DNA of 64,000 nucleotides from NCBI GenBank assembly GCA_021804985.1, contig JAJZGD010000002.1:1492-65491 (forward strand). The letters run 5' to 3'. This document shows positions 27,980 through 39,700 of the stretch, in pieces (within the stretch, counting starts at the first letter, position 1; the number at the start of each line of letters is the position of its first letter). The notes beneath the pieces are model-generated. The model was not told the origin of the DNA. It saw nothing but the letters and a program-made list of their open reading frames with translations, and did not search any database. Made by a program: the position numbers and the translations under genes. Source of the stretch: Planctomycetota bacterium (GTDB taxonomy: Bacteria; Planctomycetota; Phycisphaerae; WQYP01).

Positions 27980-29407
27980 GTGCGTTCGAAATTGGCAGGT
28001 TGGTTTTGTTCTATGCCCATTCCACAGCATGATGCAATCGAAGTCTCCGACACGCCCCCTGCGCCCACAAGGCCTCAGCCACTTGCCCACGCACCTGGCC
28101 AAGCCCCCCTTTGTCACAGCTTTGAACAGGGCTTTGAACAGGCCCTGATTTCATTTCTCCAGGGGGCCGTCGCAATTCCGAGCATCAGCGGGCAAGAAAA
28201 GCCGCTCGTGGAATACGTCGCGGCCTGGTGCGAGGAACAGGGATTCAAAATTGATTTATTTCAAACCGATGAAAAGCAACTGGCAGACCACGCGCTGGCG
28301 GCGCGTAAGCACATTCCACTGGCAAACCGCCCGACATTGGTTGTCAGCCTCGATGGCAGCGCACCCGGGGCCACCATCATGTTCAATGCGCATAGCGATG
28401 TGGTCAGGCCGGGCGATTGCACCCAATGGAGCCACCTGCCATGGTCTGGTGACATTGTCGATGGCCGGCTTTTCGGGCGCGGTGCCTGCGATGCAAAAGG
28501 CGCTCTGGCCGCTGGCTTAGGCGCCATGCTTTGGATCAAGCAAAAGCACGGATCCGATTTTTCCGGCAGGATCGCGCTGGAATTAATTCCCGGTGAGGAA
28601 GATTGTGTCGACTTAGGAACGCTTACCAGTATTCACCGAGGCTATCGGGCCGATGCGGCCATTGTGCTCGAGCCGACAGATTCTGTTCCCCGCTGTGCCG
28701 CGCGTGGTGGCTTGCGCTTCGAAATTATAGCCGCCGGCGAAGCGGTTCATGGAACCGTCAAATGGCTCGGCCGTGACGCCATCGCGATGCTGCGATCCGT
28801 ATTGAGCGCCTTGGATAAACTTGAAACCCGATTCAGCCGCGAAGATACTGACGAATTATTCGCGTTTTATCCGCTGATGCGCCCAATTACGGTCGATCAT
28901 ATCGCAGGCGGTACATGGCAGGGGATGGTGTGTGACCGCGCGCTTTGCAGCGGCTATTTTGAATTGTGCCCGGGAGATAATGTGGAAGTTTGGGCGCGAC
29001 ATTTCACCGCCTCCCTGCAATCACTTTTGCGGTCGGAAGGCATCGCTTCAGAGCACATCGGGGTGGCATTTCCCGAACAGTACAACGGATTTAGAACAGA
29101 ACAAACTTCGTCCATATGTAAAGCGGCCGCGAGAGTGCTAGAATCAGTGGATGCGTCTTGGGCGGACGCGCCAGCGGGTGCTGCGCCCTGGCGAGGTTTT
29201 AATTCAGGCTGCGAAGGCGGTTTGCGAGCTGCCATGCACGCCACACCCACCCTGGTGTGGGGACCCGGGTCACTGGATCAGGCGCATCGGTGCGATGAAT
29301 ACGTGTCGGTGCACGACGTGCTGAAGTGCTCGCGCATGATGGCTGAGGTCGCGGCCGAGTTTCTCAAGGGGCAGGCGGCCCGCGAGTCGCATGGTGAAAA
29401 GAATTGA
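27980..29407 (+). CDS. M20-family metallopeptidase (ArgE/DapE-like)
   Basis: HSDVV and GACDAKG metal-binding motifs; start uncertain. Confidence 0.7.
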   Translation: MRSKLAGWFCSMPIPQHDAIEVSDTPPAPTRPQPLAHAPGQAPLCHSFEQGFEQALISFLQGAVAIPSISGQEKPLVEYVAAWCEEQGFKIDLFQTDEKQLADHALAARKHIPLANRPTLVVSLDGSAPGATIMFNAHSDVVRPGDCTQWSHLPWSGDIVDGRLFGRGACDAKGALAAGLGAMLWIKQKHGSDFSGRIALELIPGEEDCVDLGTLTSIHRGYRADAAIVLEPTDSVPRCAARGGLRFEIIAAGEAVHGTVKWLGRDAIAMLRSVLSALDKLETRFSREDTDELFAFYPLMRPITVDHIAGGTWQGMVCDRALCSGYFELCPGDNVEVWARHFTASLQSLLRSEGIASEHIGVAFPEQYNGFRTEQTSSICKAAARVLESVDASWADAPAGAAPWRGFNSGCEGGLRAAMHATPTLVWGPGSLDQAHRCDEYVSVHDVLKCSRMMAEVAAEFLKGQAARESHGEKN

Positions 29408-30813
29408 TCAATTATTTGGAAAGAGAAAAGGCCTTGGCTGCATCGCTGACACATGAGAAGCTATCGGAACTCGGCTTAATCCATCGGACCGATGAATCCA
29501 AGGCGTGGTTCGCGCGGGCGAACAAGGTTCTCGCCGGGGGTATCAGCAGTTCCGCCCGGGCCAGCACCACCGGCGATTTACCCTATCCGCTCTATATTAC
29601 GCGCGGCGCCGGATCGCACATCTGGGACGCCGATGGAAATGAATTTATTGATTATTTGCTCAGTTACGGCAGCGTGATTCTCGGTCATCAGGACGCGGGC
29701 CTCAAATCGGCCATTACCGCCCAGCTTGACGCAGGCACCATGTTTGGTACCTGCAACACCATCGAGGTACAACTTGCCGAGCAAATTTGTCGCATGGTGC
29801 CCGGCGTTGATCTGGTGCGCTTTTCAAACTCTGGCTCCGAGGCCATTTGCGGCGCTGTGCGCGCGGCCCGCGGGTTTACCAGTAAAACCAAAATCCTGAA
29901 GTTTGAAGGCCACTACCATGGATGGGTCGATGTTCTCGCCATCAGCAATCGACCAGCCGCCGCCGAATCCGGCCCGCTGGACCATCCCGCCAGCCAGCCC
30001 CACTCGCGCGGAATTCCTCAGGGCATTGTTAACGATGTAATTATCGCGCCATGGAATCACCGTCGGCAGGTGGAAAATATTCTTGATCAATTTGAATCGG
30101 ATCTTGCCGCCATCGTCCTTGAACCCGTGGTGGCCAACAATGCCTGCACCATGCCGGAGCCCGGCTTTCTCGAATTTCTCCGCGAGCAGTGCACGCGCCG
30201 AAAGCTGCTTCTGATTTATGATGAAATCGTCACCGGCTTTCGCCTCGCACGCGGGGGTGCGGCTGAATATTTTGGCGTGATCCCGGACCTTATGATCTGG
30301 AGCAAGGCCATTGGCGGCGGCTTCCCCATCAGTGCATTTGGCGGCCGGCGCGACGTCATGCTGCCCGTGGCTGCCAACACCGTCAAGCACGGTGGCACAT
30401 ACAACGGTAACCCACTTTGTGCCGCGGCCGCCTTAGAGACGCTGCGTCGGCTTGGCGAACCGGGGACACTGGAAGCCATCCAAAACCATGGCGACGGGCT
30501 GATTGAAGCCATCAAGCGATCTGCCCATGATCTGCATGTTCCGTGCTGCGTTCAGGGAACCGGAACGATGTTTCAACTGGTGTTTACCGATGATGGACAA
30601 CCCCTGAGGCACTATCGAGACATTCTGAAGGCCAATTCCGCGCGGTATGGGGTGTTTCGACAGGCCCTTTTGGAAATGGGCGTTCATATTAACAATTCGG
30701 GCTCGGCCTGCTGGTTTGTCAGTGCCGCCCATGGGGCCAATGACGCCGCCGGCGGTTTTGATCTGGCCCACACCCGTAGCGCCATCGAGCGTGCCATGCG
30801 GGCGTGCGCTTGA
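29404..30813 (+). CDS. class III aminotransferase, glutamate-1-semialdehyde 2,1-aminomutase-like
   Basis: PLP fold with LLIYDEIVTGFR and the SKAIGGG lysine motif. Confidence 0.75.
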   Translation: MINYLEREKALAASLTHEKLSELGLIHRTDESKAWFARANKVLAGGISSSARASTTGDLPYPLYITRGAGSHIWDADGNEFIDYLLSYGSVILGHQDAGLKSAITAQLDAGTMFGTCNTIEVQLAEQICRMVPGVDLVRFSNSGSEAICGAVRAARGFTSKTKILKFEGHYHGWVDVLAISNRPAAAESGPLDHPASQPHSRGIPQGIVNDVIIAPWNHRRQVENILDQFESDLAAIVLEPVVANNACTMPEPGFLEFLREQCTRRKLLLIYDEIVTGFRLARGGAAEYFGVIPDLMIWSKAIGGGFPISAFGGRRDVMLPVAANTVKHGGTYNGNPLCAAAALETLRRLGEPGTLEAIQNHGDGLIEAIKRSAHDLHVPCCVQGTGTMFQLVFTDDGQPLRHYRDILKANSARYGVFRQALLEMGVHINNSGSACWFVSAAHGANDAAGGFDLAHTRSAIERAMRACA

Positions 30814-30977
30814 GGTTAGCAGGCATTTATGACAATTTGGGGTCGGGTACCCCTGTATCATTTGGAATTTATGAACGCTCTATTAAATTTTAGAGATATT
30901 ATTTTACCTAAGCCGTGCAGGGGCCTCATGTGCTCCCGGCGGGCAGACGCGGTCCAATGTGGGAGGCACACGGCGCG

Positions 30978-32351
30978 ATGATATGGCAGTTCATTGACAA
31001 CGCGGTGGATCGGCTTTCGCCGACAAATCTTTCGCGCATTTATCATTTAACCCCCCCCTGGCTCATGGGGCGCATCCGGCTTTCGCGCTTTCAAACAACT
31101 GTGCGCTGGGCGGCGGAGCATTCCCCGTTCTATAAAGAGGCCTTTGCCGCACGGGGCATTGATGCCGCTGCCATCAAATGCCCGACTGATCTCAAAGACT
31201 TCTTCACCACACCCGACGATATCATTGCGGATCCGGAAAAATTCCTGTGCAAAGCCCCCGCCATTGTATTTGAATCATCGGGCACCAGCGGCCGAAATAA
31301 AAAAATATTTTATGACAACGCCGAACTGGAGCAAATGGGGCAAATTATGGCCGCCGGCACGATGCTCATGGGCGCTGGGCTTGAGGATCGGGTCGCCAAC
31401 GCGTTCGATTTTTCCATGTGGATTCCCGGCATGCTCACGCATTATGCGCTGATGGCCGGCGGTCAATTCTGCATGGCATTCGGCAAAGTGGACCCGATTG
31501 AGGTTTATCGCCGCCTGGAAACTTATCGGTTCAACGTCGTGATGGGGGAACCGACATGGCTCATTCGTTTGACCGAAATAGCCGAGCGTCAGGGAAGCTT
31601 TCCGCTCAAACTTTTGTTAGGTGGCGCCGAAGAAATGCCGCCCAACGCCATCCCCTGGATGCGCGATGTCTGGCAGGGCGCCAGCGTGCGGATGTGCTAC
31701 GGAAGCGTCGAGCTTGGCAGCGCTCTGGGATACCAGCCATGTGATCAGATCGATGGCTATCACATCGATGACACCGACTTTTTGCCCGAATTGCTTGATC
31801 CCGATGCCGACGGCTTCGGAGAACTGGCTTACACCACGCTGCGCCGCCGCGTGATGCCGCTAATTCGCTATCGCTCCCGAGACGTCACCCGGCTTATCGA
31901 TACGCCGTGCCCATGCGGTATTCCGGGGATGCGCATGGATCGGCTGCGCGGCCGCCGCGACGAACTGATTGTCGCCAGCGGCGGCAATCTGTATCCGCTC
32001 ATGTTCGAATCCATATTTAAGGCGATTCCGAGCCTCACGGGTGATTGGCAAATTATTTTTCGTCTTGAAGGCATTCGGGAAGTCCTTGAGATGAATGTGG
32101 AGACAACGCGTACGGATATTGAAACGCTGGAACAGGAGATTCATCGCTGCTGCAACGCACTTTATCCAGACCTCATGAAAAATCTTGCCTTGGGAATATT
32201 TCAGATGCGACTGGTCGTTCATGCACCGGGCACCATCCGAACCGGCCGAAAAATCAAACGCATGCTGGATCTGCGTTACACCAAACCGGTATCACCATTG
32301 CTTGCTGACGCTTCGCACCAAAGCCCGGCGGAGGTCGAACATGTCGTCTAA
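30978..32351 (+). CDS. phenylacetate-CoA ligase family adenylate-forming enzyme (PaaK / F390 synthetase-like)
   Basis: ESSGTSGRNK AMP-binding P-loop and the SPFYKEAF motif. Start taken at MIWQFID. Confidence 0.7.
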   Translation: MIWQFIDNAVDRLSPTNLSRIYHLTPPWLMGRIRLSRFQTTVRWAAEHSPFYKEAFAARGIDAAAIKCPTDLKDFFTTPDDIIADPEKFLCKAPAIVFESSGTSGRNKKIFYDNAELEQMGQIMAAGTMLMGAGLEDRVANAFDFSMWIPGMLTHYALMAGGQFCMAFGKVDPIEVYRRLETYRFNVVMGEPTWLIRLTEIAERQGSFPLKLLLGGAEEMPPNAIPWMRDVWQGASVRMCYGSVELGSALGYQPCDQIDGYHIDDTDFLPELLDPDADGFGELAYTTLRRRVMPLIRYRSRDVTRLIDTPCPCGIPGMRMDRLRGRRDELIVASGGNLYPLMFESIFKAIPSLTGDWQIIFRLEGIREVLEMNVETTRTDIETLEQEIHRCCNALYPDLMKNLALGIFQMRLVVHAPGTIRTGRKIKRMLDLRYTKPVSPLLADASHQSPAEVEHVV

Positions 32352-33099
32352 TGGCGAACTGCCGGTAAAAACTGGAAAAGGAAAGCGGTTGCTCATTGAG
32401 GGGGATTCAATCGCTTTGGGCGTTTCTGAGGTACACGGGCTTAACGTGGCCAGCCGCGTATCGTGCAGTTTTGTGGATATTATTTCCCTGCGCTTTCCTG
32501 ATTTGGAAATACACATTGATGCCGATGTGCACCGCTCAACGATTGGGGCATTGCGGTGCATTGATGAATTGCTGGCAAAGTATCGCCCGGATGCAACGCT
32601 GCTGATGGTCGGTGGCAGCGATGCAGATCCGGACTGGAAGCGATTTGTCGTTAGTAATGGTCGCGTGGCGCGAAGCCGCGTCGATCTGAGCCGTTACACG
32701 GAGAATCTGCGTTCGCTTATTGATAAGATTCGCCGTGCCAATTCCATTCCCATTCTCACCGACATGCCCAACCAGAACGTTACCCGGCGGGGGCTGTTAA
32801 TGTCTGAGCTTAGTGGCAAAGATGTTTCTGCGCTGATTCGCGCCCACGGCGGCCAAAAAATCTGCGACGAAGGGCTGGAGCTATACCGCCAGACCGTCGC
32901 AGCGCTGGCGGCGGAATTCGACGTGCCATTTGCACCCTATGGTCACCGATTGGGTATTCATGATTCCGATAAGGTTATTGGCCCCGATGGAATTCATCCG
33001 ACAGAATTTGCCCACTCGATCATTGCGGAAGAAGTGACCGGCGTATTGAGTCGGATTTTTCAGACGCAGGTATCCCGTCTCTCAGGCTCGAGCACGTGA
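32341..33099 (+). CDS. SGNH/GDSL-family hydrolase
   Basis: GDSI block I near the N-terminus and a DGIHP block V. The start MSSNGE overlaps the preceding stop. Confidence 0.65.
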   Translation: MSSNGELPVKTGKGKRLLIEGDSIALGVSEVHGLNVASRVSCSFVDIISLRFPDLEIHIDADVHRSTIGALRCIDELLAKYRPDATLLMVGGSDADPDWKRFVVSNGRVARSRVDLSRYTENLRSLIDKIRRANSIPILTDMPNQNVTRRGLLMSELSGKDVSALIRAHGGQKICDEGLELYRQTVAALAAEFDVPFAPYGHRLGIHDSDKVIGPDGIHPTEFAHSIIAEEVTGVLSRIFQTQVSRLSGSST

Positions 33100-33506
33100 T
33101 CATTGCACGGAAGAAACAGTTGATGCTGTGCGTTGGGCTTGCCATCGCGATCGGTTTGGATACCGCCGTGCAGCTCTGCTGGAAAGCCGCAGTACCCCTC
33201 TCCGGTTCTCCGCTGACGATTCTTGCGGGGACGGCGGAAAATCCATTGTTTGCCGCCGCGGCCGTTTTAATGATTTGCCAACTGCTGAACTGGATGACGG
33301 TACTAAGTGTGGCCGACGTCAGCCTTGCACAACCAATTACCGCCATGGGCTATATTACCGTGGCAATCGCATCGTTTTATCTGTGGCATGAAACGCTGAC
33401 ACCATTGCAGGTCGGGGGCATTGCCTTGATATTATTCGGGGTATTGCTCGTTAGTCGGACGCACCGCCCGCAGGCAGGAGGCATGCCATCCTCACAAGCA
33501 TCGTAA
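33096..33506 (+). CDS. small 4-TM EamA/SMR-like membrane protein (ArnE/ArnF-like)
   Basis: Four hydrophobic helices; overlaps the SGNH stop. Confidence 0.5.
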   Translation: MIIARKKQLMLCVGLAIAIGLDTAVQLCWKAAVPLSGSPLTILAGTAENPLFAAAAVLMICQLLNWMTVLSVADVSLAQPITAMGYITVAIASFYLWHETLTPLQVGGIALILFGVLLVSRTHRPQAGGMPSSQAS

Positions 33507-33520
33507 CGATCGCCTGTGCC

Positions 33521-33841
33521 GTGGCTCTGGAAGTGTCGGGGCAGCTCTGTCTGAAAAAGGGTATGCGGGGCCCAGGTTCCGGATTTCAAGCCTTCATCCG
33601 GCGGATACTGACCAATCGCTGGGTACAAATTGGCATTGCATCTTTTTTGCTTGAGGCCGTGTTTTGGACCTGGACGCTTTATCTTGTTCCCGTGGACATC
33701 GCTTTTCCGATCGGGTCGGTCTGCTTTGTGGGCGTTGCGCTGGGCGCGGCGTGGCTTTTGGGTGAATCCATCTCGTTGCAGAGGTGGATTGGCATTGGAC
33801 TGATACTTCTCGGCGTGGCTATGCTGGGCACCGGCCTTTGA
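33521..33841 (+). CDS. small 4-TM EamA/SMR-like membrane protein, paired with the previous gene
   Basis: GTG start in the track; paired small membrane proteins upstream of a glycosyltransferase. Confidence 0.45.
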   Translation: MALEVSGQLCLKKGMRGPGSGFQAFIRRILTNRWVQIGIASFLLEAVFWTWTLYLVPVDIAFPIGSVCFVGVALGAAWLLGESISLQRWIGIGLILLGVAMLGTGL

Positions 33842-35094
33842 TGAACATCGTCGTCAAAGATCAATTTCTCACACCCATCCCCAATGGGCAGCGTGCCGAA
33901 TTGGACGCCCTGCTCGGGCGATCAACTCAATTAATGAAAATTTGGTTGGTACATGATTGGCTGACCGGCATGCGCGGCGGCGAAAAAGTCGTTCTGGAAC
34001 TGATCCGTCTATTTCCGAATGCCCGGATCGCCACGTTGTTTTATCGGCCCGGGTCGATACATCCCGCGATTGAATCACGCATTGTTTGCACCTCATGGCT
34101 GCAAAAGGTGCCGGGCATCAGCAAGCATTATCGCAAACTTTTGCCGCTCATGCCGCTCGCCATTAAAACCCTTCATATTGATGCGTGCGATCTTGTGATC
34201 AGCACCAGCCATTGCGTGGCCAAAAATATTGCGACGCAAAGCCCGCATCTTTGCCATTGCTTCACTCCCATGCGCTACATCTGGGACATGCAGGATTCTT
34301 ATCTCAAATCGCAGAAGCTGCCTTCGCGCTGGGCCCTGAAGGCCCTGACGCCCTGGCTCAGGCAGATCGACACCACCGGGCACCAAAGCGTGGGCCAATT
34401 CATTGGAACCTGTCAAAATGTTTGCGCCCGCGTAACTCGCACCTACCGGCGCCCCTGTGCAATTGTGCATTCGCCGATTGATGAAAGCTATTGGTTGCCC
34501 GCCCGCGACGGGCGGCGCGATTATTTCCTCATCGTCTCTGCGTTGGTGGCGTACAAGCGCATCGACCTGGCTGTCGACTTCTTTTGCCGCATCGCTGCCA
34601 AATCCCCGCAGCGCTTTGGCAAACTGGTGATCATCGGTACCGGCCCTGAGCTGCCGCGTCTGAAAGCCTGCGCGGCCGAGGCCAATGGCGGTGTGCAATT
34701 TCTGGGATGGCAAAATGATGAGACCGTTCGCTGGCACTATCAAAACTGCCGCGCTCTGATCTTTCCTGGTGAAGAAGATTTTGGATTGGTGCCGATCGAA
34801 GCGATGGCGTGCGGTCGGCCCATCATTGCCTTCGGCCAAGGGGGCGTTTTGGAAACGGCCACCGGCCTGCGGGCCGACAGCTCCAACCGGGATTCGGCCA
34901 CGGCCATTTTTTTCGAGCATCAAACGCTGGAATCGCTCACCGATGCCATGGATCGCTTTTGCGAGGCGGAGGAAGTTTTTACGCCCGAACGGCTGCATGC
35001 GACGGCCATGCGTTTTAGCCGGAATCATTTTCACCGCCGGATTTGCGAGCTTTCTGCGTCGCTTTTAAGCGGTAAAACGAATCAATCGCAATAG
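33841..35094 (+). CDS. glycosyltransferase family 4
   Basis: EEDFGLVPIEAMACGRPII GT-B motif. The start (MNIVVKD, overlapping the preceding stop) is uncertain; MKIWLVHDW is an alternative. Confidence 0.75.
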   Translation: MNIVVKDQFLTPIPNGQRAELDALLGRSTQLMKIWLVHDWLTGMRGGEKVVLELIRLFPNARIATLFYRPGSIHPAIESRIVCTSWLQKVPGISKHYRKLLPLMPLAIKTLHIDACDLVISTSHCVAKNIATQSPHLCHCFTPMRYIWDMQDSYLKSQKLPSRWALKALTPWLRQIDTTGHQSVGQFIGTCQNVCARVTRTYRRPCAIVHSPIDESYWLPARDGRRDYFLIVSALVAYKRIDLAVDFFCRIAAKSPQRFGKLVIIGTGPELPRLKACAAEANGGVQFLGWQNDETVRWHYQNCRALIFPGEEDFGLVPIEAMACGRPIIAFGQGGVLETATGLRADSSNRDSATAIFFEHQTLESLTDAMDRFCEAEEVFTPERLHATAMRFSRNHFHRRICELSASLLSGKTNQSQ

Positions 35095-35190
35095 GCAATG
35101 GAGGGCATAGGCCACCGTGGAAAAGCGGACACTTTTGAACGGGAAAACTTCGTTTACACATTCTCGCGTTAGGATATAATGTTTTCCCCT

Positions 35191-35262
35191 GCGGGCGTAG
35201 CTCAGTGGTAGAGCGTCACGTTGCCAACGTGAATGTCGAGGGTTCAAATCCCTTCGCCCGCT
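35191..35262 (+). tRNA. tRNA-Gly (anticodon GCC)
   Basis: Hand-folded cloverleaf: acceptor GCGGGCG/CGCCCGC, D arm GCTCAGTGGTAGAGC, anticodon stem TCACG/CGTGA with loop TTGCCAA, T arm GAGGGTTCAAATCCCTT. No encoded CCA. Confidence 0.85.
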
Positions 35263-35422
35263 TTTGACCCCACGACACAGGCGAATATGCACTCTGAAAA
35301 AGTGGCGCAGTTAAGAGCAGAAACGGCCGGAATTGCCCCGCAAGCGTCAACCGCTCTAAGTGAGAAAAGCCCCATTTTACGGGCGTTTTCCGACGCATTC
35401 ATTGCTGCGCAACCGTACCTTA

Positions 35423-35507
35423 TGCCCGGGGCGGGAGTCGAACCCGCACGACCGAAAACGGTCACAGGATTTTAAGTCCTGAGCGTCTGCCATTCCGCCA
35501 CCCGGGC
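35423..35507 (-). tRNA. tRNA-Leu (anticodon TAA), long variable arm
   Basis: Minus-strand sequence: GCCCGGGTGGCGGAATGGCAGACGCTCAGGACTTAAAATCCTG..GCGGGTTCGACTCCCGCCCCGGGCA. Anticodon loop CTTAAAA; variable arm TGACCGTTTTCGGTCGT. Confidence 0.8.
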
Positions 35508-35648
35508 GTAGCCTATTCTTATCAGCAATGTAAGACAAAACGTTGCCGATGAAAACCACCGTCAGCCCTGCGCTCCAAGAGAAGGGGTGGCTTCCCAGCC
35601 GTGGGCCACCCCGTGCGGCTGGCTCCAATTCCGGCGGCGGTCAACACC

Positions 35649-36605
35649 CTACATTGACCCTAGCAGCACACCGGCGAGAAACACCAACAGGCCGCCGACC
35701 ACAATTTGAAATGTGGCACGCAGAAAAGGAGTGTCCATATAGCGATATCGGATGAAGCTAATGGTACAAAGCTCAACGCATACCACCACCACCGCGATGC
35801 CGGTCGCCAGATGAAAATTGGGAATCAGATAGGGAAGCGTGTGCCCCAGGCCCCCCACCGTCGTCATCAGGCCGCAAACGGCGCCCCGTATCAATGGATG
35901 GCCGCGGCCGGTTAATGATCCGTCGTCCGACAGGGCCTCGGCAAAGCCCATGGAAATGCCCGCGCCGACCGCGGCCGCCATACCCACAATAAATGCCTCA
36001 AAGCTATTGTGCGTCGCAAATGCGGCGGCGAACAAAGGCGCCAAGGTTGATACCGAGCCATCCATAAGGCCCACCAAACCCGGCTGCACAATCTGAAGCA
36101 CAAAAAGGCGTGCCTGGGCGTCGCTTTCGATTTTCTGTTGATCGTTGCTAACCAGTTCTTTGTGCATCCCCGCCGCCGCGGCCGAATGTTTTTGCTCTTC
36201 CTGCGCCAGATCACCGAGTAATTTCCGGGTAGAGGCGTGGGTGCAGCGCGTGGCGGCCTTCTCATAGAAATTCCGCGTTTCCAGCTCCATGATTTGCGCC
36301 TGCTCGCGGATTGTCTTAATGCCCGATTGCAGCACCAGCCACAGCGGGCGCCGCTTCACAAAGCCGCTGATATCGTCACGCGTGATCGGCGTCATATGCT
36401 CGCCAAAGCGATCAATATATAGATCCAGCAGTCGCCGGCGATGGTCGGATTCTTCTTCCTGCATGGTGGCAAACATTTTCGACGAGGCTGGAAAATCGAG
36501 CGCTAAAACTTCAGCGAACGTGCCGTAGGTTTTTCCGTCATCCTCTTCCATGAATATGGCCAAGGCAAGAATCTCCTGCTCCGTCAAATTCTTAAACCGC
36601 TTCAT
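35649..36605 (-). CDS. VIT1/CCC1-family iron transporter with an N-terminal ferritin-like (erythrin) domain
   Basis: N-terminal ferritin-like ExxH-containing region followed by five hydrophobic helices typical of VIT1. Confidence 0.65.
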   Translation of the reverse strand: MKRFKNLTEQEILALAIFMEEDDGKTYGTFAEVLALDFPASSKMFATMQEEESDHRRRLLDLYIDRFGEHMTPITRDDISGFVKRRPLWLVLQSGIKTIREQAQIMELETRNFYEKAATRCTHASTRKLLGDLAQEEQKHSAAAAGMHKELVSNDQQKIESDAQARLFVLQIVQPGLVGLMDGSVSTLAPLFAAAFATHNSFEAFIVGMAAAVGAGISMGFAEALSDDGSLTGRGHPLIRGAVCGLMTTVGGLGHTLPYLIPNFHLATGIAVVVVCVELCTISFIRYRYMDTPFLRATFQIVVGGLLVFLAGVLLGSM

Positions 36606-36769
36606 AGGAAAAACTCCGAAGGCGTAACGCAGGAAGGATTATATCGACGGCGGCAGTTCACGCCCGACATCGGGGGTCAAGCCGGCTCCGCAGCCTGCCC
36701 CGCCAGTGGTGGCGCAACGCACCGGCACCGACCACGACATTTAGACGGCGACAACATCAATCCGGGAAA

Positions 36770-39700
36770 TTAAATCTCCGATCCGGTTGACTGTGGAGGC
36801 GGAGTTTTAACCGTGGCAATAAATGAATAGATCACGGGAATAACATAAAGCGAAAACAGACAGCCAATCGATAGGCCGGCAGCCAGCATCAAACCCATGT
36901 CAAAGCGGCTGACCGCCCCGGCGCCGGTCGCCACCAATAAAGGCACCACACCGAAGACCATTGCTCCCGTCGTCATCAATATGGGCCGCAGCCGAACCGA
37001 TGACGCCTTGACGATGGCGGCGTGTCGTCCAAGCCCTTCTTCTTCCTGAAGTCGATTGGCAAATTCGACGATTAATATTCCCTGCTTGGTAATCAGCCCG
37101 ATGAGGGTCAAAAGGCCCACCTCGGTATAAATATTCAGCGTCGCAAAATTCAGGAATAAGAATAGCAACGCCCCGAAGATCGACATCGGCACGGTGAACA
37201 TCACAATCAAAGGATCAATGAAGCTTTCAAATTGCGCCGCCATGATCAGAAAAATCAGGATCACCGCGAGGAGGAATGTCACGATGATGGCGTTCCCTTC
37301 CTGTAAATATTGTCGCGACTGACTCGCATAATCGATGGCGTAGCCGCGCGGCAAAAGCTTATGCGCCTCGCCTTTCAGGTACGCCAAAGCCTGACCCAGA
37401 GACACCCCGGGAGCGGGCACACCTTCAATGGTCGCTGAATTCAACTGCTGGAATTGGGCGATAAATTCAGGTCTGACGACGTGACGGATCGTGACAATCG
37501 TGGAAAGGGGCACCATCTGCCCTGAGGTGGTGCGAATGTAATAATTCTTGAGTTCGCCGGCGTTGGCGCGCCGGGCGTCGGGCACCTGCGGAATCACCTT
37601 ATAGCTACGGCCCTTAAGATCAAAGCGATTAACAAAATTCCCTCCGAGCAGCGGCTCAAGATCGCTGGTAATTTGCGCCGCCGTGAAACCGAGATCTGCG
37701 GCAATTTTCCGGTGTACCTTTATTTCAACCTGAGGATCATCGTAGCGGATATCCTTGGTCAAAAAGACAAATTTGTGGCTAAGCATTGCGGCTTGCAATA
37801 GCTTGTCGGCGTTTCGGTCCAGTTCTTTAAACCCTTTGGTGGTTTTAATGACGAACTGCACAGGAAAGCCCCCCGCAGATCCCGGCAGAGACGGAAGCGG
37901 GAACGCGGCGACCTGAACACCGGCGACAGCGGAGAGTTTCTTATCGAGTATGGGAAGAATCTCCTGCTGCGTCACAGTGCGCTGGTTCCACGGCTTCAGC
38001 AGCATGCCGCCCACAAGCGTATTCTGGCCCGGGGAAACAAATGAAAAGCCGTTAACCTGAAAGACCCGCTGCGTCTGGGGAAATGAATCGCAAATCTTTT
38101 TGATCTGCAAGGCATATTTGGACATATATTGCAATGTGGCCGTAGGTGGCCCGGTTCCGGTGAAAAAGAGAATGCCTTGATCTTCGGTGGGCGCAAGCTC
38201 CGATCGGGCGCCCATAAGCAGGAAGGGGATGCTGATAAAGATGCCGGCCGCAGCCAGCAATACCGCGATCCGTATGGTTAGCACGGCCTCGAGCGTCCAG
38301 ATGTAAAATCGCCTCACGGCGTCAAAGATTACATCGAGCAGATGAACCAACCCGCGCGGTTTGGTGGGGCGAAGCAGGTGGCTTGCAAGCATCGGCGAAA
38401 GCGTGAGTGCCGCCACCATGGAAACCAGCACCGCAAATACCAGGGTAAAGGCAAATTCGCCGAACAGATCGCCGCTTAAGCCGCCCATGAGTCCGATGGG
38501 CGCAAAGACTGCCGCCAGCGTCGTTGACATGACAACGATGGGGCCCGCAAGTTCGCGGGCACCGCGCTTCGCCGCCGCCGCCGGGCTCATTCCTTCGTCG
38601 ATGTGACGCTGAATATTTTCGACAACGATAATCGCGTCATCCACCACCAAGCCAATAGCTAATATGATCGCCAGCAACGTCAGCAGATTGACGGAAAATC
38701 CGCATGCCAGGGCAAATGTGCCCGCTCCGATGATTGAAAGCGGAATCGCCACGACTGGAATCAGCAGCGAACGCAGCGAACCGAGGAACAGGAACACCAC
38801 CAGTACCACTATGCCCAGCGTAATGAGAACCGTATCTTCCACATCGGCGATGGCGGCCTTGATATAGGTGCTGCCGTCAAAACCGATGGTGACATGCAGG
38901 CCCGGCGGAAGCGACTTTTTCATCTGCGCAAACAGAACGTGTACTTCGTGCGCCACGGTGAGATCATTGGCATTGGGGGTGGTTTGAATGCCGATAAATA
39001 CGGCACGCTGGCCATTGAGCAGCACGCTGGCGTTGTAGTTTTGCGCCCCCAGAACGACACGCGCCACATCTTTAAGATAAATAATGGCCGAGCCCGATTT
39101 CCTGATTATCAAATTCCGGAATTCTGCGGCACTTTTAAGCTGGGTTGTGGCGGTAATAACCTGCGCAATGTTTTTTCCACGGAGCCGCCCCACCGCCGAT
39201 ATGCTGTTATTGGCCACAATCGCGTTGTACACATCGCTGGGCGTGATCCCCAGGGCCGCCATTTTATTGGGTTTCAGCCACACGCGAACCGCAAAACTAT
39301 TTCCACTGGACCCGGTGCCCTGCGGAAGAATCTGCGCCTGACTAACCCCCGCGATGGACTGTATTTCAGGTTGAATAACCCGCAGAAGATAGTCATTAAT
39401 CTGCTGGCCGTTCAGCCGCTTGCTGTAAAACGCCAAATAAATCAGGGCGCGGGTATCCCCCACGGTTTCGTTGATTACCGGCGATTGACTTTGCGGCGGA
39501 AGCTGACTGGCTACCTGCTTGACCTTGGCAAGAATCTGCGCCACGTCGGCATTTGGATCGGAATTGAGCTTCATATTTACGGCGATGCTCGAAGTTCCCT
39601 CCGTGCTCGTTCCGGTCATATAGTCAATATTTGGCGCTTGCGCCACGGCCTGCTCAAGCCGCGAGGTAATAAACCCCTGCACCGTCGAAGGGCTGGCGCC

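Noticed and set aside
35191-35507. Convergent tRNA-Gly / tRNA-Leu pair as a genomic-island integration site
   Set aside because: No integrase gene, no duplicated tRNA 3' end (attL/attR) and no foreign-looking DNA is adjacent. The defence island lies 22 kb away and is not tRNA-linked within this window.
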